Part shown: in pieces, positions 25,579 through 29,736 of the stretch
Position numbering within the stretch: position 1 is the stretch's first letter
How the letters are laid out: every line of letters begins with the position of its first letter
Origin: a virus
Taxonomy: Duplodnaviria > Caudoviricetes
IMG/VR virus record: IMGVR_UViG_3300037458_001655
Location: 1-29,736 of that record
Reading direction: 5' to 3' (one strand)
Length of the DNA stretch: 29,736 nucleotides
Made by a program: the position numbers and the translations under genes
The notes under the pieces: model-generated
Database searches by the model: none
What the model was told of the DNA's origin: nothing
Seen by the model: the letters and a program-made list of their open reading frames with translations, nothing else

Positions 25579-27132
25579 TTACCCCTTAGTAACACCACTT
25601 GGTCGCTCTGAGGGCGAAGAATTCGCAGAAGACGGGCGCTCTGTAGACATTTGTGTTTCCTGAGCTACTCCCGGAAGTGACACGCCTGCCGGTGAGGGTC
25701 GCAACAGGTCGCCAGAGCTTTCAGTTTCTCTCGTTCTGACATCTCCTGTAATCGGTCTTCCTGCGATAAACAAACGATTGGCGTTTTCGTCGTCTCTGCC
25801 TTCCATGCCCATGAGCTGAGAGGCTTCAGAAGGAGTCAAGTATCCGTTTTGGACTCCTCGTGTTGCAATCGAAAGGTTTAGGTCAACCAATTCGAAATCG
25901 ACATCGAGGAGTTCCCATCGAACGCCTTCTTGAAGCTGCAAGCCTCTTGGCCCGAAAAGCGTTTGACGCAATCGGTCCTCGATTACGGTTTGCATTGGTT
26001 CGATGGCACCAAACCGATAGGCTCGAAGCATCTCACGAGCGGCAGATCCACCAAGGCTTCCTAGCTCAGCCAATCCAATTCTGTAAGGGGGAACGCTGTG
26101 CGACATCAAAACTTGCTTCACAAGCGCCGCATCACGTTCTTGGAACTGCCCTTCACGTTCGCCCTCTAAGCGGGAAAGTGATTCAATGCCAATGACTACA
26201 TCAGGGGTTCCACTCACCATTATAGTTTTGTGGCCTTTTCCCTTCGAAGCCTTCAACTGCCCTTCTATGGCTTGCCGAATGTCGTCAGCCACCGCTTGGT
26301 CTTCAGCACGAATAGCGATCAGCCTGTCGGCCATGCCTCCGCTAGCAAACCAAGAAATGTTGTATTCTCGAATTGCTGCCATCTCAGCTTGGGACGGAAC
26401 AGAACAAATCCAAGACGGGAGGCCATAAAACTTAGTTCTTGGACTGTAAATTTTGAAAAATAGAACTTCCGTAGCCTGCTGCGCCGGTTCCTTGTTTGGA
26501 CCTGTTCGCGTTTCGTCGAAAGGTTCGCCCGAGATGGAGTCTATCTCAGTTTCGTCACCAAATCGTTTGAAGAAAATTCTTCGGTCCCCGACAATTTGAA
26601 GAAAAAGCTTTCCGTCTTTGGAAACTCTCAAAGTGTGTGCGGGAAGGGGGTAGATTGCTCCGATGGTCCCCGATTGGTCTCGAACTACTTCCCATGCTGC
26701 CCAACCAATGGCTCGCATTTCCCAGATGGCTTGTCGCAGCAATTCGTTAAACGTTAAATCTGGAGTAATGTTTTGTAATGTCTGAGAAAGATTGTACTGC
26801 TGTGAACTCAAAGTTTCAGAGTCCGTCTGTACTGGGCCACCCTGAACTGCCGTAAGCTTCCATCCTCGTCCGGTTGCGTCGGCAGCAACTGCCTCTAGGC
26901 AGGCGCCATGCACAGGATTTTCTTCTGCCAATCGGAGAAGCCACTCAGGGTTCAAAGGTGGTTCAACAAAAGATCCAGAGCTGTAGTATTGTGCAAAAGG
27001 ATCTTCAAACGAAAGCTGTCGACTAGCAATACTTGCATTCTCAGGTTCTTGTTTAATAAGTCGAACGAGAGAAGAAGCCGTCAAACCTTCTCGAATAGTC
27101 TCAGTATTGGCCTTTATCATATCATTCATCAT
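25579..27132 (-). CDS. Portal protein (PBSX family)
   Basis: VEPPLNPEWLLRLAEENPVHGAC, EVVRD...IYPLPAHTLRV, FYGLPSW, HSVPPYRIG, IEPMQ, LTPSEA. Confidence 0.92.
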   Translation of the reverse strand: MMNDMIKANTETIREGLTASSLVRLIKQEPENASIASRQLSFEDPFAQYYSSGSFVEPPLNPEWLLRLAEENPVHGACLEAVAADATGRGWKLTAVQGGPVQTDSETLSSQQYNLSQTLQNITPDLTFNELLRQAIWEMRAIGWAAWEVVRDQSGTIGAIYPLPAHTLRVSKDGKLFLQIVGDRRIFFKRFGDETEIDSISGEPFDETRTGPNKEPAQQATEVLFFKIYSPRTKFYGLPSWICSVPSQAEMAAIREYNISWFASGGMADRLIAIRAEDQAVADDIRQAIEGQLKASKGKGHKTIMVSGTPDVVIGIESLSRLEGEREGQFQERDAALVKQVLMSHSVPPYRIGLAELGSLGGSAAREMLRAYRFGAIEPMQTVIEDRLRQTLFGPRGLQLQEGVRWELLDVDFELVDLNLSIATRGVQNGYLTPSEASQLMGMEGRDDENANRLFIAGRPITGDVRTRETESSGDLLRPSPAGVSLPGVAQETQMSTERPSSANSSPSERPSGVTKG

Positions 27133-28573
27133 AAGCCCACGGTTCGAGTTGACGGATTTGAAGTTTCATTCTCCGTTCTTCTGTCTGAGGGAGTATGTGC
27201 AAAACGGATGTGTTTGCTGCCGACCGTCTAAAAAGTTTCCTACCACGCCAAGCAAGCGCTCCAGCGACGAAAGTATCGGGAGGGTGCCCCGACCCGAATA
27301 TGTCGTCATTCAAGCAGTACTTGTGTTCTCTATACATGTAGTCAATTCTGGGTGCAATGAGTTCTCTGTTTTCCAGCGCAGCGATGTACTCGGAGAAAAG
27401 ATCGAGCCGGTTCCTGCCAACCAGAAGCTCACCGTGGCACTTGTGCTCTAAAAGATCGTTGATAACGTTTCCCAAGCCGGTAGCATCGTGAACTAGTGCC
27501 CCTCCATATTTTTCCAGACGAGCATTGACTTTGTTCACCATGACGGGCCATGGAAGACGGGCGCAGCGTTCAAACGCAACCAAACGCCAAGGGGTATCAA
27601 TCTTGTACGTAACGATGACGGTCCAGTCTTGTTCTTTGGCCCAGTCAACTCCGGTTACGTAGTTGCCCATCTCATCGGGAGTTTCGATTACCAAACAAAA
27701 ATTTTCTCGACCTTCGTAGTTTCCGATTGTCGGGTCAAAGGACCACTCAACAGCTTCCTGTTGAATCGCGCGCCCTTCTGCCGAAGGTTCTTGGAGTTCA
27801 TATTCTGTGTCCCACATGTTGGCTGGGACACGCTTGCGTGCAGCTTTGATGTCATTCGGAGAGAGCCACCCTCCGGCCATCGACTCCCTGTAGCACCATT
27901 GGTACAGGGGGATTCCTCTTTCGTGCGATCTTTTAAGTAGAGCCGTCATGGTTCCATCCGGATACTGGTGGGTGGACGACATGACGGTTTGAGCAGGGAC
28001 GCCGTTCTTGGACATCGGCTGCCCCAGAGCCGCATCCAGAATCGGCAGCTTCATTTCGTCGCACTCATCCAGCCGGAGTCTCACAGGGTGGGGACCACGA
28101 ACCGAGGTCGAAGACGCAAGCAGAGCTTCGATTGATGCACCGTTGACTAGGACGGTGCGCATTTTTGTTGGATCTTCGGAGAGGAGGTATCTCGGTGCTG
28201 CCGGGAAGTTCCAAAGGTCCTGCATGTACCTGTGAACGTTTTGCGATTGAGCCCCAGACCCCCCGAGGATAGTGGCAGAAGCCCCCAACGCCACCGCCTC
28301 CGTGAGCCCCAGTGTCGCGAGGAGAAAACTTTTCCCCCCGAGGCCCCGGCTCGCAATCCAAATCGTGTCCGAGTGTCTGCAAAAATACGCATCGGAGAAA
28401 GCCTCGAATGGTGCTCTATGCTGGGGGCAAATGCGAATACGGGGAATTTGCACACCCCAGACGCACGCTACAAATTCCCACAGCTCATCGTCAGTTTCCG
28501 GCCATCTTTCGATGACAACGGACTCTGCTTCGCTAGCTGAGGTACTTCCAATAGAGGACATTGCCATTTTCAA
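27122..28573 (-). CDS. Terminase large subunit
   Basis: Walker A ASRGLGGKS, Walker B LRLDECD, MSST coupling motif, RNase H-like GVDWAKEQDWT...HDATGLG...HPPDTFVAGALA. Exact start uncertain. Confidence 0.92.
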   Translation of the reverse strand: MKMAMSSIGSTSASEAESVVIERWPETDDELWEFVACVWGVQIPRIRICPQHRAPFEAFSDAYFCRHSDTIWIASRGLGGKSFLLATLGLTEAVALGASATILGGSGAQSQNVHRYMQDLWNFPAAPRYLLSEDPTKMRTVLVNGASIEALLASSTSVRGPHPVRLRLDECDEMKLPILDAALGQPMSKNGVPAQTVMSSTHQYPDGTMTALLKRSHERGIPLYQWCYRESMAGGWLSPNDIKAARKRVPANMWDTEYELQEPSAEGRAIQQEAVEWSFDPTIGNYEGRENFCLVIETPDEMGNYVTGVDWAKEQDWTVIVTYKIDTPWRLVAFERCARLPWPVMVNKVNARLEKYGGALVHDATGLGNVINDLLEHKCHGELLVGRNRLDLFSEYIAALENRELIAPRIDYMYREHKYCLNDDIFGSGHPPDTFVAGALAWRGRKLFRRSAANTSVLHILPQTEERRMKLQIRQLEPWAYDE

Positions 28574-28721
28574 CTTTCGAATAGTTCCAAAGTCTCACCC
28601 AGTGGTCTTTGTGACGGTATGCTTTGAAAATTTCACCAAATTTGTCTTGAACTTCAACGGTAAGGCCATGAACCGGGAGTTTTTCGGCTGGGTCATACAA
28701 TGTGTTCGGCTTTTCCATCAT
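28533..28721 (-). CDS. Small hypothetical protein (DUF551-like)
   Basis: 62 aa, ATGA-coupled to the small terminase stop. PAEKLP...VLYWKYL resembles the DUF551 termini. Confidence 0.55.
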   Translation of the reverse strand: MMEKPNTLYDPAEKLPVHGLTVEVQDKFGEIFKAYRHKDHWVRLWNYSKVENGNVLYWKYLS

Positions 28722-29245
28722 TGAACCTTAATCGGAGGGGGGATTTCAGACAAGTCGATAACTTTTTCTTCCTGACCGTGAAGTTTTCTAACATTTCGTA
28801 AATTTTCAATGTATTTTGCTTCCCCTCCCCCCAAAACCAGAACTCCAATTCCGGAAGGTTGGGTCGCACCATTCCCATTCCCATTCATTCCGGATTTGTT
28901 AGCCATCCGAATGTCAACCTCATCTCCCCAGCTTTCCACCGTCCCCGGTTTCCCGTGCCGGTATTCCATGACCATTCGGATAGCTTCCAATGCAATATCT
29001 GGCCTCTCATCCGTTTCTTTCAGAATGATTTTCGTCAGCCGTATAACCGCAGCTCTCTCCACCGGTTCCAGCAAATCCCGTAAAGCTTTCCGTGCCTGTA
29101 GCCTAGACATCCGGTCCATGGAGAGCTTTTGCAGCTCTCCAGTTTCCGGATTCCTAACCATCAGTTCGGAGGAGGCCTTCTTCGGTCTTCCCGCTCCCGG
29201 TCTCCTACCCCCCTTCCCGGAGGGTACTTTTACCAATCCACTCAT
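28718..29245 (-). CDS. Terminase small subunit (probable)
   Basis: GGRRPGAGRPK N-terminal motif, helical core ending EYRHGKP, located upstream of the large terminase. Confidence 0.7.
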   Translation of the reverse strand: MSGLVKVPSGKGGRRPGAGRPKKASSELMVRNPETGELQKLSMDRMSRLQARKALRDLLEPVERAAVIRLTKIILKETDERPDIALEAIRMVMEYRHGKPGTVESWGDEVDIRMANKSGMNGNGNGATQPSGIGVLVLGGGEAKYIENLRNVRKLHGQEEKVIDLSEIPPPIKVQ

Positions 29246-29736
29246 CCGTCTCTGTCCGTCCTAAGCCACGCATGGACGCATCCCGACGTGTAGGCTGTGA
29301 CCTTAACGCTCAACTCCTCACAGCAAGCTCTGATTTCAACGTTTCCCGTCTCCGTCAGGTCTGTGCCTTCTTGCACGTCAGGGCACAGGTAGCTCTCAGC
29401 ACAAGACCTACAGTAAACTTTAGCCGTGGCTGTCCCGGTAATCAGCACAGTCACCGTCTTGTACCCCGACGCACCCGCCAGTCGACGAGTCAGCTCGCAC
29501 GGTGGGCTGGGACACGCACAGACACTGCCAAAATACCCCCCACCCTTGCCCGAGGTCGGCGTTGCCGTCGGCGTGGAGGTTGGCGTGGCAGTCGGTGTAG
29601 AGGTCGGGGTGAAGGTTGGAGTTACCGTTGGCGTGGCAGTCGGTGTGTCGGTCGGTGTGTCAGTTGGGGTTGCTGTGGGGGTTTCGGTCGGTGTGTCATC
29701 CCCAAGGATCGGGAGAGGGGGGATGCTCAGAAGCCC
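29242..29736 (-). CDS. Partial gene (starts beyond right edge): Thr/Pro-repeat linker plus Cys-rich C-terminal domain, probably exported
   Basis: The frame of track ORF 29242..29454 is open to 29736: GLLSIPPLPILGDD-(TPTx)12-GKGGGYFGSVCACPSPPCEL...YCRSCAESYLC...ACCEE...GCVHAWLRTDRDG. Its stop overlaps the terminase small subunit ATG (ATGA). Confidence 0.8.
   Translation of the reverse strand, partial: GLLSIPPLPILGDDTPTETPTATPTDTPTDTPTATPTVTPTFTPTSTPTATPTSTPTATPTSGKGGGYFGSVCACPSPPCELTRRLAGASGYKTVTVLITGTATAKVYCRSCAESYLCPDVQEGTDLTETGNVEIRACCEELSVKVTAYTSGCVHAWLRTDRDG
29551..29694 (-). repeat. Degenerate 12-bp coding tandem repeat, 12 x TPTx
   Basis: TPTE TPTA TPTD TPTD TPTA TPTV TPTF TPTS TPTA TPTS TPTA TPTS, with variable third codon positions. 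Confidence 0.9.

Noticed and set aside
459-29245. Alternative genetic code or intron/intein interruptions
   Set aside because: Genes tile densely under the standard code with TAA, TAG and TGA all used as stops; terminase, portal and capsid have normal lengths with no evident intein or homing-endonuclease motifs.
29551-29694. Tandem repeats as CRISPR array or origin iterons
   Set aside because: 12-bp period, no spacers, and variation at synonymous positions: a coding repeat.

Overview
The window is a nearly continuous minus-strand virion morphogenesis operon of a long-tailed dsDNA phage (siphovirus-type; free phage or prophage cannot be decided here). In transcription order (right to left): a partial Thr/Pro-repeat, Cys-rich protein; small terminase; a small ORF; large terminase; PBSX-type portal; a multidomain XkdF-type prohead protease; a Com-like zinc ribbon; scaffold; XkdG-like major capsid; a probable decoration protein; four head-tail joining proteins; two small ORFs; tail tube; a tail chaperone pair with a likely -1 frameshift; tape measure; an RcGTA-like tail tip (DUF2460, DUF2163 hub with an inserted LamG domain, NlpC/P60, large tail-tip protein); fibre genes; and a partial GC-rich gene with a signal peptide. 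Most notable: (i) the XkdF protease/scaffold appears split into two genes around a Com-like gene, with many candidate K-S/K-A processing sites; (ii) the slippery site and chaperone stop codon lie inside a perfect 12-bp hairpin; (iii) apparently exported proteins are translationally coupled at both ends of the structural operon, plus an internal lipobox. All family assignments come from motifs recognised by eye, not from database searches. No tRNA, rRNA, CRISPR array, integrase, reverse transcriptase or clear endolysin/holin was recognised.
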